The notes below the pieces were generated by a model that was not told the origin of the DNA, ran no database searches, and worked only from the letters and a program-made list of their open reading frames with translations. A stretch of DNA of 59,819 bases, the filler included, from Basidioascus undulatus (Eukaryota), in NCBI GenBank assembly GCA_000826855.1. It is 7 parts of 7 records of this genome, joined end to end, with 100 filler letters (N's around TTAATTAATTAA, not from the genome) between each part and the next. Parts side by side here need not be neighbours in the genome. Positions count along the whole stretch, not along the records: positions 17,178 to 25,645 come from JTLS01001386.1; positions 25,746 to 34,206 come from JTLS01001387.1; positions 34,307 to 42,757 come from JTLS01001388.1; 4 more parts are not named here. One strand, given 5' to 3'. Shown in pieces: positions 24,835-37,662 of the stretch; within the stretch, counting starts at the first letter, position 1; every line of letters starts with the position of its first letter. Made by a program: the position numbers and the translations under genes.

Positions 24835-25290
24835 GGCGTTCTGGAAACCGAGCGAGGTGAGAAGGCAGGAAGAGATGGTCGTTAGGACCACCTGGGAGAC
24901 TCACCGTGACTCTAGCCCTCCGCCGCGCTGATTGCCGGAAATACGATACGATCTGGGATGCTGAGAATGCAGTCTAAGATGTACGAGTCCAAGAGTGCGT
25001 GAGGAAAGGAGGAAGAAGGGATGATAGGGCTCGCTTCCGAAGAGTCAAATTACGTCAGCTAATGGGTGTGAGCAAAGTCGAACTCTTCGAGCACTACTTG
25101 TCGTCTTGACATTATAGAAAGAGAAGGACGCGGAACACGTTCACAAGGGCCAAGCCGACATTCCGCACTGCAGTCGCTTGCCGGGTGGTAGCGATCAGAC
25201 GCCCTGCAACGCACCGTTGCCAAAGCGATCAGTCGAATAAAGGCTACAGTACAACACAACCGACATTACCCCTCCAGCCCTCCTCGCTGC

Positions 25291-25645
25291 TCAGCCCGCC
25301 AGCCCACCCTCCAACAGCGGGATGACAGTGACGTCCTCCGTGCGGCCCTCGTCCGCGCCCTCGCCCCACGCGAAGTTCAGGCACTCGCGGCACCACATTC
25401 CCGGGATCTCGCCCGCAAGGGGGTCGCCAAGCGTGACGCGCTCGGCGGGCAGGCGCGCGCACGCCCGGCACCGCGCGCGCTGCGACGTCGTCAGCGGTAG
25501 GAAAGTCGTGAGCGGGTAAGAGGACGAGCCGTCGAGGGCGGGGTCGTAGCGGCTAGGAACGCAGGGGTGGGAGTGGTGAGTTGGGGTGAGGTGGGTGATA
25601 AGGGGCGGTAGGTCTGCGAGTTTCTCGTCGCGAGAGCGGGTGCGG
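25291..25645 (-). CDS. snRNA-activating complex subunit 3 (SNAP50)-like C-terminal zinc finger, 3' fragment
   Basis: YPLTTFLP...RCRACARLPAERVTLGDPLAGEIPGMWCRECL fits the CxxC...D.LA...P...CxxC pattern of SNAPC3. Confidence 0.7.
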
Positions 25646-25745
25646 NNNNNNNNNNNNNNNNNNNNNNNNNNNNNNNNNNNNNNNNNNNNTTAATTAATTA
25701 ANNNNNNNNNNNNNNNNNNNNNNNNNNNNNNNNNNNNNNNNNNNN
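25646..25745. other. Artificial contig-joining spacer
   Basis: N44-TTAATTAATTAA-N44. Confidence 0.99.
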
Positions 25746-26959
25746 TTGGGAGCAAAGGACCGGACCGGCGCCACTCGCCGGAAGTCTTGTCGTCGTCGAA
25801 GCCGCCGCCACCGCCGAAGCCCTTCTTGGCTGCAGTGCACAATGTCCAGGGTCAGAATGCACATGTGCGGGGAGACGGAGGCGCAGAAAACGGACGAGGC
25901 TCGGCGACAGTCACGCGGAGAGTACGACCGCCGAGAGACTGGAGCGACAACAAAAATCAGCCTTCGAGGAACTTCGAGAGCGACGAGGAAGTAGACGCAC
26001 GCCGCCGGAGCGGGTCAGAGCGGTCTTCAGGGAGTCAAGGCTGCCGAACTCGACGTAGCCGAAGCCCTTGGGCTTGTCGTCGAAGCTCTTCATGATGCGA
26101 ACGGAAGTTACCTGAAAATGACGAGCGACATGTCAGTGTCTACACTGGAGAATACGATCTTTGCCGGATGATGCGTGATAAGCGGGCGAGAGTCGTCCTC
26201 AGGAAAAGAGAAGACCGGAAGGGGCCATTTCTCGGCCAGCCTGCCCCTTCCCCCTTCAAAACCTCCGCGTTTTCCCCACTCCATGGAGCCCTTGCCATGC
26301 CCTCCACCCTCCTGAAAGCTCTTTCCCGCCAAACCATACGCCATCGAACCGCCAACGCACCTCCAGCCCGTCAAAGTAGGCCGAGATCTCGTCCTCGGTC
26401 ACGTCAAAGCCGAGGTTACCGACGAAGGTGGTGTAGGGAGGGGCGGTGGGGAGGGGAACCTCAGCGCGCTGGGGCCGGTCGAAGTCACGGTCGCGGCGGT
26501 CACCGCCGCGGGCGTAAGGGGAAGGCCCGTCGACGCGGTCGCCGTACTCGTCGCGAGCGGCCGCTGCGAAGAAGCGATGCGGTAAGAATCCGCCTTATGC
26601 CGTTGAGCCCAAGACTGGCTAGGACGCACGAGCGGTGGGGAGACTGTCCATCTCGTCGGCCCAGGAGCCGCCGGTCGCTGGGGGAGGGGAGGGGGTGGTG
26701 TGAGCCACAGCGGCTGGGGTGACAGCGGGCTGCAGGGGACTACGGACCCTCGTCCGCGAGGAAGTCGCCGAGAGACATCTTCTGCTTCTGCTTCTTGGGC
26801 GCTGAAGGTCATTGCAATCCCAGGAGAGAACGATTCGAATGGCGACCGAGTGGGGCAGTGTCGGGAAGTCGGACGAGCAGGCAAATGCAGGGGGAACACA
26901 GGGGAAATCGGTCAGTTTCGAGATGCGGCGGCATGTGCGGAACGATCTGGCGAACCCAT
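25746..26959 (-). CDS. TIF3: Translation initiation factor eIF4B (RRM), 5' part
   Basis: M/APKKQKQKMSLGDFLADE/GSWADEMDSLPTA/...VPLPTAPPYTTFVGNLGFDVTEDEISAYF/VTSVRIMKSFDDKPKGFGYVEFGSLDSLKTAL; runs off the contig. Confidence 0.92.
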
Positions 26960-27641
26960 GATGTGCAGAGTCTGAGATTTAGAGTCTCAAAAGGTGTGAA
27001 AGCTGGGAGAGTGAGGGCTGTAAGGTGGGCGTGCTGCAAGGGGGAATGCGAGACGCCGCTCATAACCCGAAAAGTCCTTGACTAACCAAAGCCGCTTCAA
27101 CCGTCACCATTTCCCGCGCAGCCATCTGCAGTTTGACGCTCAACCATCATTTTCAGTGGGCAAGTTTTTTTTTCAAAAAAAATGCAGCTGTGAGAGAAAA
27201 TTAAAGCAATAGAGCAACTCAAGTGTCTTCCAAACCATTTGAGTCTTTGTTGCCGGACTGATTATGCTTCCTGGCAGTCATCTTGTTCCAGGGGGACACA
27301 CACAACCTTTACATTCGGGTCGAATTCCTTTACAAACAGCCCCGAGCCATGTCGGAATGTCGAGACGGCCAGTGCTTGGTTTCACGCACTGCGTGCAACA
27401 GGGCATCTGCGGCCGCTTATTCTCGCACTTCTGCTGTGCAATTTTAGAAAGACAAGTAGACAATATTCTGCTGAGCATGCGTCGGACACCCAGTCGCTAA
27501 TAGGGAGTGTGTCGTGTAGGATCGAGGCAAATTCTCTCTCTCGGACTGCGGATGTGAAAGTCAGTGCTGTCATGTACCTCCATCTTTGAGTATGCACGCT
27601 ACGCCATTAAGTATAAAGGCGTAAGATGGGTGCAGCTACGA

Positions 27642-28750
27642 CTAAGGCAACCGCACATTCTTGAACTTCTGCGTCCCCTCCCTCAGCGCGATCTCGACAG
27701 GCAGTCTCTCCAAGCTGATCTCGCCGTAGAACCCTCCCATGCGCTTAGTGCGTTTCAGAAGATACTGCACATCATCAGACTCAGCAACGGGCCCGCAGTG
27801 GACGAGGACGATGATGTCCGGGTTGACGGCGTGCGCGGCGTCCGCCATCTCTTGCGTCAGCCGGACACAGTCGTCCAGCGTCTTGGCCCTAGAGGCGCCG
27901 ATAGCTGGCAGAGAGGGTAATTTGCTTGAGCGGGGCTCCTGGAAAAGTTGGGGAACGAGACATACAGCCTTTGGTCGTCAGACCGAGATGGGCTGGGACA
28001 ACGGCGCCCGCACAGAAAGTCAGACGCGGGAGGGAGGGAGATCAGACACGGACGCACCGACAATCAAATCCGCCTCGGCCTTAGCCATGCGCGTCGACTG
28101 GTCCGCGTTGAAGACGTACGGCGTCGTCAACAGGCCGAGCTTCTTGGCTTCTCGGACCATCTCGACCTCGAGCTCGTAGCCCATCCCGGTCTCTTCTCTG
28201 GCGAAAGTTGCCGTCAATCAGACCAACTATGTGTGAAGATCCGGGAAGGAAATACTCTCGAATGCGGCTCAAAAATTTTGGAGGAGGACAGAGTGGGTAC
28301 GTACGTGGGGAAGTTCTGTCCAAACAGCGGGGAAAGAGATGGTCAGACCTGGGACATAACAGCTACAAAACAGACCCGGCAGTTACCTGAACACCAGAAA
28401 ATCCAACGTCCTTCAATTGGCTTAGAAAGCGGGGAATGTTGCGGAAGGGGTCTGAGGAGCAGACGCCCGCGAGTACAGGCGTGTGGTAAACGACAGGCAG
28501 GACCTCGTTTGCCTACAACAGTAATCAGCGCACTCTCACAGAACGTGATATATCACACCCGCATACCATGTCCAACACCGTAGAATGTGCGTCTCCCTAT
28601 CATACTTTTAAGTCAGCTACTCGAGACCCGTTAATAAAAAGCAGATGCACGTAAGGCATCAGCCCCGCCAATTCTCCATGATGCCCTCCTCGCCGACCCG
28701 GTACCACTCGAACTGGGCCAAATGTCCGACGACAACATCTGTAGTACCTT
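27642..28750 (-). pseudogene. Phosphoenolpyruvate-hydrolase-like TIM-barrel protein (Tm-1-related), degenerate
   Basis: [22 protein letters not shown]...[46 protein letters not shown]...NPDIIVLVHCGPVAE...GFYGEISLERLPVE; 5' exons eroded with stops and the conserved HGGP and GASSMERLP motifs altered. Confidence 0.8.
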
Positions 28751-30786
28751 TAGGACAGTAGAGGTTCAGGTTGCTGTCGCGGTGCCCAGTGTGCGCGCAC
28801 GAGGAAGGCGAGTGCCGTGCTGCCGCTGATCAGGGTTCTGGTCGACAGCAGGAGTGCGAGGAAGGCCGAATCGATGCAGTAGGGAAGTGTAGCTCCCCCG
28901 CAAGTGCTGGGCGGTGAAGGAGGGCAGGCTCTTCGATGCCTGGCTGACGGGAGGTCGTGTAGAGGAAGGTGCAAAAGGATGGAGTCCTGCAAGTTGAGAC
29001 TGTGTCAACAAAGGCTGCATGGTGTAACGACAAGGCGGGATACAATACTGACCATGACAAGAGCATTGCTCATGACCTTTTCCGCGCAGGCGCGCATCGT
29101 CGTAGCAGGAGTACGAGACCAAGGGAGTCAGGAGCAGTGTGGGGGGAGACGAGCCAGCGAAGCAGAAGGACTAAGAAGGGGAGCCGTGAGGCGGGCCGAG
29201 AGAGGAAAGGCCAAAAGGAATTCGGAATCTACTAGTACTACCCTGCCATACTGGGTGAGCTGACTTTGAGGCGGAGGTGTCGAAAAGGCAGGCCAGATCA
29301 TACAGGCAGTCAGCGAGAAATGGAATACTGTCGAGGACATCAAAGATATGGGAGAAGACAAATCTGGATACCCTGCGGGCCAGAAAGGATATCCGGTGCG
29401 AAAAAGTGTGGGAAGTTATGCGGGTATCGATGCTCGCCGTTTTCTCTCGACAGGGCCGCCGACAGCCACCGACATTTGGGCCAGCACCTGATGAGGCTGT
29501 CTGCAACGGCGGGTATGTTGTACGATACATTACGAATGTACTCCAATGTCCTGTAAAATGTAGTTCCTTTCACACAATCCTGCTCCCAAGAGGCAAGCAA
29601 CCGACATAGCAGTCTGCTAGTCAGCCAAGACCATCGGTCCTCCAGCACTGTTTGTGGGCTGCGTTTTGAGGTGCTACCGGCTGTCGTTGGAGTACTAGTT
29701 TACATGATTCAATGAGACATAGGTTTTACAATGACTAAAAGATGGGAATCTGAGGAGGACAACAGCCAGAGAAGCCATGTCGACATGGGGACACAAGTGT
29801 CGACTGCCGGGAAGAAAGCTGGAGGGGTGGCTGCCTCACAATTTTTTGCGGTAACCCCAAGTCATAGAGTGTTTAACATGCAGTACTCAGCTTAGGCATT
29901 GCCTTTTCTCCCTGTGAGCGGATCGAAAGACACGAGACTAATCGATCCTGGTCCGGTCGTCCTCTCCTCCTCCCCAAACACCTGTCCCAAGTCCAGTCCT
30001 CTTGTCAGCCTGGTCCGGTACAGTCCGTGTCCGTTCATGAGCGAACAGGGTAGTGCAGTACGGAGACCGCCCTTAGCACTAATTTGAACATACGCCAAGA
30101 CGGTAAGTGCTTTGCGGTAAACAGCCTCCCGCACACGGGCGTGCTCAAATCATAACAATATTTTATAACTTTCATCTTAATATGAATCTGTGCAACTTCG
30201 CGAACCCGTCTGTATACCCAGGTACGAAGCTTAGGAGTTGCCTTGCGGAGCCATAGCCTGACAGTGGGAGCGGCCGCACGTCGCTAACTGAAGAACCAAG
30301 ATGAACGACACAGCCGCCAGGAGTGCTGGCGATTAATGGGGACCTGGATTTAAATCACATAACTGAGATAAGGAAGCACTGAAAGCAATGTTACAGAAGA
30401 GCCGCCGCTGGGCTCGGAGATCGCTCGCAGCTCACAGCCCGCTCGCTGCCTGTCTGGCAGTGTGAGTTTTCGTTTCTCGGAGGGCTGCGTCTGGTGTTGA
30501 AACCGGCACTAACTAGGTAGCGCCCCATGTCCGGGGTAGCCGCAATGTCGACATGAGGGGCCGCCCGGCAGTGTTCAGGCATACTTCCAGTACTGTATGC
30601 GGATTCCTTCTGTCTGTACTCCAGCACCCACTGCAGATCGTGAGCCAGGACGTTCATCACCCAAGCATAAGGTAACAAGGCCTGTTCAAATCAATGTCAA
30701 ATTCTCCACATGATCGAGTCCCATCCCTCCGACTCCATCTAGAGGCCCAAACCCCACCACGCCCATCTCATCCCACCCCGCCCCCC

Positions 30787-31815
30787 TCACTGCGCCTTTT
30801 TGCCCTTCCCCTTCTCCCCCTGCGCCCTCGCCCGCGCCGCCTTCCCCGGGCGGTAGACATGCATGACCCACGCCCTCCACGCGTACAGCGCAGCGAGGAC
30901 GACAGTCGCGACCGTCCTCGCCCCAAGGGGGGTCATGAACGGCTCGAACCCCACGATGCTCGCGTACCCCTTGTGCGACCCGCTGAGCCCGCCATAGATG
31001 GCCGCGACGAGCGAGCCGGACCAGACGTCCAGGGAGTCGACGACGCCGCCCTTGAGGAAGGGCGGGGTTGCGAGCGTCCAGGAGGGGGACCACAGGTTCA
31101 GGGTCGTCGCGGTCACGCCACCGCCCGAGGAGGAGACAGCGCCGATGAGGAGCTGCGTGTAGAGGGAGGAGGAAATTGCGGTGTTCGGGTGAGACGCGAC
31201 GAGGGAGATGCCCCCGATGATTGCGCCTGTGCGGAGGACTGCGTCGAGGAGGGGGAGGGAGAGGTCGAGGAACTTGGGGTTGGGGTGCAGGGAAGAGGGC
31301 ACGAGGGAGAGGAGCAGGTGCACGGAGGCGTAGTTGAGGAAGGGGAGTGGGGAGAGGAGCGGAGGGGCGGGGAGGGACAGGAGGAAGTGGGAGAGGAGGG
31401 ACCCGCCCCAGCACTGGTTGATGGAGCGGGGTGAGCATCACAAAGAGGAAGGGGTGATGGGGAAAGGAACGACGCACCATGAGCAGGAACCCAGTGAGGT
31501 CAGCCATGAACGGCAGCTTCCCCGACGTCACGCGCACGCGGCCCTGGAACGCGAGCGAGATGCGGGCGGCATCTGGGGGAAGGAAGGTTAAATTGCTTCA
31601 TAGATACCGGGAATTGCACTGGGGACGCACGGAGAGTGGTGACGAGCGGGAAGGGGTACAGCGTCGGGTGGATCTTCTGCGACGTGAGGTTGATGAGCGC
31701 CGACACGGGCGCGAGGACGAGGGCAGCCTGCGATACGATATCCCAGCATTGTCTCCGTGTCAGCAGAGCAATCCCGATCCCAATATTCTCAAAGTGCGAC
31801 TTGACAGCGCACCAT
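30787..31815 (-). CDS. Fungal multi-pass membrane protein (TRIC/TMEM38-like GGG motifs)
   Basis: M/AALVLAPVSALINL...FPLVTTL/HAARISLAF...LTGFLLM/CWGGSLLSHFLL...LLIGAVSSSGGGVTATTL...KKAQ*; several hydrophobic helices, 3 GT-AG introns. Confidence 0.7.
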
Positions 31816-32327
31816 CTTCTCTGTTCTTTTCGATATTCGCGTCCTTCTATTCCCAACAGCGAGCGCGAGGACGAGGTGGACGTGTTGAAGAGAAACGCGC
31901 GCGCTGTCCGACGAGAAGCCGGCCCCAGTCGGGCCCAACTTCTGCCGCCCTGGCTCGATCAATTCAGGGCGCCGCGGGCCGGAGGTCACGCCCGGATCAT
32001 CCCTCCCCCGCCCCGGCTGCTTTCTCGCTCTGGGCTTGCAACGCACTTTATATATCTGTTGGCCCAGGTGTCTCAGACTAGTACTGGGAGACCAGAGTGT
32101 AATGGGATCTCGGCGCGCTCTGAGTGGGTGCGTGGGCCGAGGTCCAGTCGGCACCCCCTTCGGCCTTCTTCCCTAGCGCGAGCGTTCTTAAAGCCCCGGA
32201 GCACGCTGCCCGGATCTTTGCCTTCCCACCATCTCGTCTTCTCTTCTCTAATCTCTCTGTCTTTCTCTGGGTTTGTACGATACCTACGGCACCGACGATA
32301 TCCCCCACGACTAGGCCGACAACAGCG

Positions 32328-34045
32328 ATGCGCTTCTCCCTCGCCCTCCTCGCCGCCTCTGCGGCCCTCGCATCCGGTGCGTCGTCCTCCCCTCCCATCT
32401 TCCCTCCCACCTTCCCGATCCACCGCCCCCTAAACGCTCTCTTCCTCGTCACGCAGCGCACTCCGCCGTCCCCGAGACGCCCGAGGAGATCGCGGAGCAC
32501 CAGGCCCTGCAAGAGGCGGCGTACCACTGCGCCCCCGCGATCGCCAAGTACACCGCGCAGCGCAAGCGCTCCTGGGCGCAGAAGGTCCTCTCCGGCGGAC
32601 GCGGGTCCGTCGACTCGTCAGACCTGTTTGTCGACGGCGCGTTCTCCGACGAGGACACGAGCCTCCAGGGCGGGAAGCTGCTTGCTTGCAATGAGGTGCA
32701 GGAGAAGAAGATCAAGAACAACACTTGCTTGCTTGGTGCGCCTCATCCTCCTTCGCACCCTTCTTCCGCTAGCCGCTAATGCGTTGATTGGGAATCGCAG
32801 CTCCCGAGACCACCCAGGGCCCCTACTACCACACCGAGGGCCACCCCATCCGCCAGAACATGGCCGAGTACCAGCCCGGTCTTCTTTTCGTGCGTTCCTT
32901 CTCCCCTTCCCCCCTCACCGCCCTTTATTGACTCTCCCGCTCCCGCACGCAAACAGCTCATGGACATCGGCATCATCGACGTCGAGACTTGCGAGCCTCT
33001 CCCGAACGTGCTCGTTGACGTCTGGGTTCGTCTCTCCTCCCTCCTCCCTTTCCCCGCCTTCCCGCTCCCTCCTGCCTTCCTTCTCCTTCCTTGCGTCTCC
33101 ACTGCCTCTCCTTCTTCTGTCTCTCGGAAACTTACCCGCCCTCTTGTCCGGCGCAGCACGCCAACGGCACCGGCCACTACGCGGGCCATCCGGACCCGGC
33201 GCCGCACCTCGTGAACGAGAAGCCGCAGGTGGGCGGGAAGCGCAGCGGCCTGCTATCCGCCTACCCGCGCACGAACGAGCACGAGACGTGGCTCCGCGCT
33301 GCGTGGCCCACGGACGAGACGGGCGTCAGCCAGTTCACGAGCATCTTCCCGGGTTACTACACTGGGCGGTGCGTCCCCCGTTTCCCTCTTCCCCTCCTCA
33401 CTTCTTCCCTTCCACCATTCCTTCCTTCCTTCCTTCCATTTCTTCTTCCTGCCTGTTTCCCGTTGTGGGAGAGGATGAGGATACTGATTATGATGGGAGG
33501 AATTGGGAATCATGCAGTGCTACCCACGTTCATGTCCGCATCCACACCGAGTGGGACACCCTCCCCAACGGGACGTTCACCTCGCACCGCCTCTCTCACA
33601 CCGGCCAGCTCTTCGTCGAGGACGACCTCAACCTGCATGTTGACAAGGTGCGGCGCTTTCCGTCCTGCCTCCTCTTTAAAAACGGGAACTGAGTCGAGGC
33701 TCGTTCCGTCTCGCAGATGTGGCCCTACGTCACCAACCCGATCAAGGACACCTTCGGGCGCACCCGGAACTGGTTCGTCCCTTCCCCCTCCCCCCGCTCT
33801 TACCTCTTTCCTTTCCCTATCCCCTCTTCTCTCTTTCCCAAACCCGAGAACCTGGAAACTAATGTTGATTGCGCGGTACCAGGCGCGACTCGCTCAGCAT
33901 TTTCGATGACTCGCACCTGAACGGGTACAACCCCGTGTTCGACACGCATCTCCTGGGCGGGATCATCAACCAGGGTGTCATTGGCTACGCGACGATCGGC
34001 ATCAACAAGACGGCCATGTACCAGGTTGACGGGTGGAGGCCGTGA
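32328..34045 (+). CDS. Secreted intradiol ring-cleavage dioxygenase-family protein
   Basis: Signal peptide MRFSLALLAASAALAS; CLL/APETTQGPYY; DIGIIDVETCEPLPNVLVDVW/HANGTGHYAG; FTSIFPGYYTGR/ATHVHVRIH; HTGQLF; candidate Fe ligands (2 Tyr, 2 His) retained; stop TGA 34043-34045. Confidence 0.93.
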
Positions 34046-34206
34046 GGCGCTCGGGGGGCGGGATTCGAGGATTTGAGGATTTGAGGATTGGGGTGACTCG
34101 CTTGGGCTTTTGCGGTTGGGGAGGGAGGGGAGGGAGAGGAGGGGGCGAGTGAAAACAGAAAGATACCGTGCATGGATCTTGCATACCCCTGGAACACGAG
34201 CTGTTT

Positions 34207-34306
34207 NNNNNNNNNNNNNNNNNNNNNNNNNNNNNNNNNNNNNNNNNNNNTTAATTAATTAANNNNNNNNNNNNNNNNNNNNNNNNNNNNNNNNNNNNNN
34301 NNNNNN
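34207..34306. other. Artificial contig-joining spacer
   Basis: N44-TTAATTAATTAA-N44. Confidence 0.99.
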
Positions 34307-35442
34307 GGGGGTGGAGGGGTGGGGTGCAGCGCGCGGCGGAGGGCTGCGCGGTCGGTGTACGCTTTCTTGGGCTTCTTCCCCTCCCCACCCGGATTTGATT
34401 CGCCCTCCGACCCCGCCCTGCCGCTAAGCAAGCTCTCCCTCAGCCCCCTCAAGCGCTCCTTCCTTTCTCCCTCCCTCACAGCGCGTTTCTGCTCCGTCGA
34501 AAACGCAACCTTCTCCATCCCCCTCCCCTCCTTCTCCTTCTCCTCCTTCTCGCGTGCCTTCTCAGCCGCCGCGTCTGACAACGGCACGAGCTCCCGCTCC
34601 GGGTCCTGCGACGCGCAGGACTCGCACGGCCACCGCGCGTGAAGGTGCGCCGTGAACATCGTACTCCCTATGCGGAGGAGCGCGCCGTGCTGCAGCGCAT
34701 GTGGGGGGGAGGCGGTTTTGGGTGGGGAGAGACGGCGGAACTTCCTTTCCCTTCTTTGTTCCGAGTCTTCGTCCGACAGTGGATCGGCTGTCCCCCTCCG
34801 ATCTCAGCTGGCCGTCTCACAAAGACGAGATGAGGAAGAGAAAGTGAGAAGAGACGCACCAACGAAAGTCCCCAGCGTGCTCCCCAAGTCCACGACGACC
34901 CACTGCCCGGCATGGAACGCCACGCTCGCATGCGCCTTGCTCACTTCCATCTCGCGCAGCCGCACGCGCGCCTCCCCCGCCCCTCTGTCCCTGCCTATTA
35001 TGAACCCCCCCGGCCGCGCATCGAGCAGCGCGATCCGCTGTGGGACGGGCAGGACGCCGGAGCGCTGCACGACCAGGCGGAGCGCGGGCGCGTTCAAAGC
35101 GGGGAGGTGCGTGTCTTCGTCGGAGCCGGGGAACTCGAGGGCGGGGTCGTGCGACTCCGGAGCAGGGGCGGGGGCGGCGGTGGAGGTTGAAGAGGAGGTG
35201 GGATTGGAGGAGGAGGTGGTGGGGGCGGAGGAGGAGGAAGAAGCGTACACCCACTCGCCCCGCTCCGCATCCCACTTGGCCCACGTCCCGCGCGAGGCGG
35301 AGTAAAAGAGGTTGTACGACGGGTGGAACGCCCAGTCGTCTGCTTCGGTATTGTGCGTTACATCGGAGTAGGTGATACGGGCGCGCTTGGGCGCAGGGGG
35401 CGAGGCGCGTTGTGTCGGAGGAGGAGGAGGGGAGCGAGACAT
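34307..35442 (-). CDS. OCRE-like plus FHA domain protein (AGGF1-like architecture), 3' end off contig
   Basis: WAFHPSYNLFYSASRGTWAKWD (aromatic OCRE-like); FIIGRDR...RLREMEVSKAHA...VVDLGSTLGTF (FHA); later YTDRAALRRALHP, a motif that usually precedes a G-patch. Confidence 0.8.
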
Positions 35443-36336
35443 GGTGGACGGAGGAGGAGAGGGGGAGGACGCGTCGGTAGCGCGTCTCGCTGAATGACCC
35501 TCACCGGGAGACATCTGCCACGGTGTCGGATCTATACCGCTCCTCCATTTCCATTCACGCCCTCTAACATATATGTGAAATGGTATCCAAGTCAAGGCGA
35601 AAGCCTAGCTACCTAGCTTGCCAGTGGGACGGAGGATCTTCCCGTGCGCCTGCTCTTCCCGTCGGTGGCAAGACGCAGCATTCAGCCCGGGCCTGCCTGC
35701 CTCACAAAACCCCGGACAAACGAATAAACCCAACCGTGAAAATTGGGCTCGGTGTCCCCACTATCCTCACGGCACCAGCGTTATGCGAGTTCGTTAAAAA
35801 CTGCCGGGTACCGGTGGTTGCGCCTTCGAACGGTGTGGACGAGCTGCTCAAACCCGACCTTCTGTAGGTACACATTTATGAGATTGCTTACACGAAGTGT
35901 ATAAAGTCGAAAGTTGACACACTACACTGACTGCTACAATTGAAATGACTGTTGCGCTGTTCCATCACAGAAAAACTCAGCCTGACTGTGCCCCCGCCCT
36001 CCTCACCTCAACCTGCCGTTGCTCCACCTTTCCCAGGACAAAACATTTCATATTTCTAAACCTTTATCCATATCTATCACACACTGAGAGCTAGAGGCTG
36101 ATCAGCCTCCGTACTTCCAACAACTCTCAAACTTTACCAGCTGTATTCTCAGTCCCCTTCAGGTCTGACCCGCTCCAAAGCCTCCGTCTCCCTCTCCTCC
36201 TTTCTCTATAAAACCTCCCTCTCATTCTCCTTCTAAACCTCATCCCACCCACCCCTCGTATTCCCTCAGCGCCCAAGCACATTACTCCAAACCCCACCAG
36301 CTCAACACAACAGCCGCACTCAGTCTTCCCGTCGAA

Positions 36337-36438
36337 ATGCGCCTCACCCTCACCGCCACCCTCCTCCTCGCCTTCACCGCCGCCGCCGCGCTCGGCGCTG
36401 TGATCCCTCGGGGAGGGAAGGGCCCGAAGAAGTACTAG
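36337..36438 (+). CDS. Putative 33-aa secreted micropeptide
   Basis: MRLTLTATLLLAFTAAAALGAVIPRGGKGPKKY* with strongly C-ending codons, TATAAAA near 36207, pyrimidine-rich leader and a GTGAGT...CAG intron just after the stop. Confidence 0.6.
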   Translation: MRLTLTATLLLAFTAAAALGAVIPRGGKGPKKY

Positions 36439-37256
36439 TGAGCCGCTGGGGCTCCGTCGGTGAGTGTACATCTAGAGGGTGGGTTTCAGGTTGGCGGCAG
36501 TGGCTCATGGCTCGTTTCTTCCCGCCAGGTCGTCCTCCCCGTTCTCGTGGACCTACTTTATGTCATGTTTTTTGCATCCTGGTTTCCTATGCGCCGAGTT
36601 ATGCTTCCGTTCCCGATGTCTTTGTTTCCTACGGCGGCTGCCTGGAACATATGATAAGTTACTGTAGCTCTGCAGCCTTTGAAAACGTTTGTTGCGCTTG
36701 CCACGCACTGCTTCATTCCCAGCGCCAGCCCAGCGCGTATTCGGACAGTGCGAGCGACCTTGACTGTATCCGCAGTTCACAACTATATTCTATCAGCACC
36801 CGGGCACCACCAGGCGCTGTAGGCGCAGCGCCTCAGTTCCTCGTCAAACCCATGCTTTGCCCATCATGATGTGTAACAGCGCAAGCGAACCTCAGACTCT
36901 AACCCGATGCGATGGCGAAAGTGGAACGCGAATGAGCCGGTTTGGCGTGAGATCGAAGCAACTGACAGGACGGTATGGCGTTGGATGGAAGGCAAAGGAC
37001 ATTCAGGACGACAGAACGATGGTCGCGATGCGTTAGCCACGCCGCTCGGGCTGCATGCCCGCTCGCCCAGCCGCTCGCCAGCCGGCGATCCGCCCGCTGC
37101 CGCCGCTTTCTCACCAGCCGCATCGAGCAGCAGCATCGAGCGCCGATAACTTTGATTTTTCATCTATACACCAGTTTTAGAGCTTGTTTTGGTACATTCT
37201 CGAAAGGGACAGGAGACAGGAACGAGGGTGGAAGGAGGGTAGGGGAGTGGGGGAGA

Positions 37257-37544
37257 TCAGGAGATGGGCTTGATCTTGAAGTGAAGGGAGATGAGGGAGA
37301 AGATGAGGCACTGCGATTTGACCGCAGGGATGTCAGTCGAGCTCGAGCGAACCGAGAAGACGAAGACGAGGAAGAAAGGAGGGAGGGGCGGGAGTGGGAA
37401 GGAGAGAGGCAGACAGAGGAGGGAGGGAAAAGGGAAAGGAGAACGCCAGCGCACCTTCAAGTCCTGCACGAGGTAGTAGAAAACGCGCAGCCCCTCGGGG
37501 TCGTCCGAGTCCTGCACGTCCACGAGCGACCCGATCTTTGCCGT
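37257..37544 (-). CDS. MAGO: Mago nashi (exon junction complex), last two exons only
   Basis: [47 protein letters not shown]; 5' exons absent and Nhp6 exons lie directly upstream. Confidence 0.95.
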   Translation of the reverse strand, partial: TAKIGSLVDVQDSDDPEGLRVFYYLVQDLKVRWRSPFPFPSLLCLPLSFPLPPLPPFFLVFVFSVRSSSTDIPAVKSQCLIFSLISLHFKIKPIS

Positions 37545-37662
37545 CTGTTCTCACGTGTTCCCCATTCCCCATTCACCACCGCGATCAGCACCATCCCTCA
37601 AAAGACGCAGGGGGGAAAGGAAAAGGGAGGGAGGAGAAGGCGGGGGGAGAAAAAGAACGGAC

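Noticed and set aside
28760..30680. Scattered 80-120 aa ORFs possibly from a decayed element or gene
   Set aside because: No recognisable transposase, RT or other motifs, and no terminal repeats seen.
32124..33692. 522-aa ORF in the track
   Set aside because: Read-through of stop-poor introns and shifted frames across the spliced dioxygenase gene.
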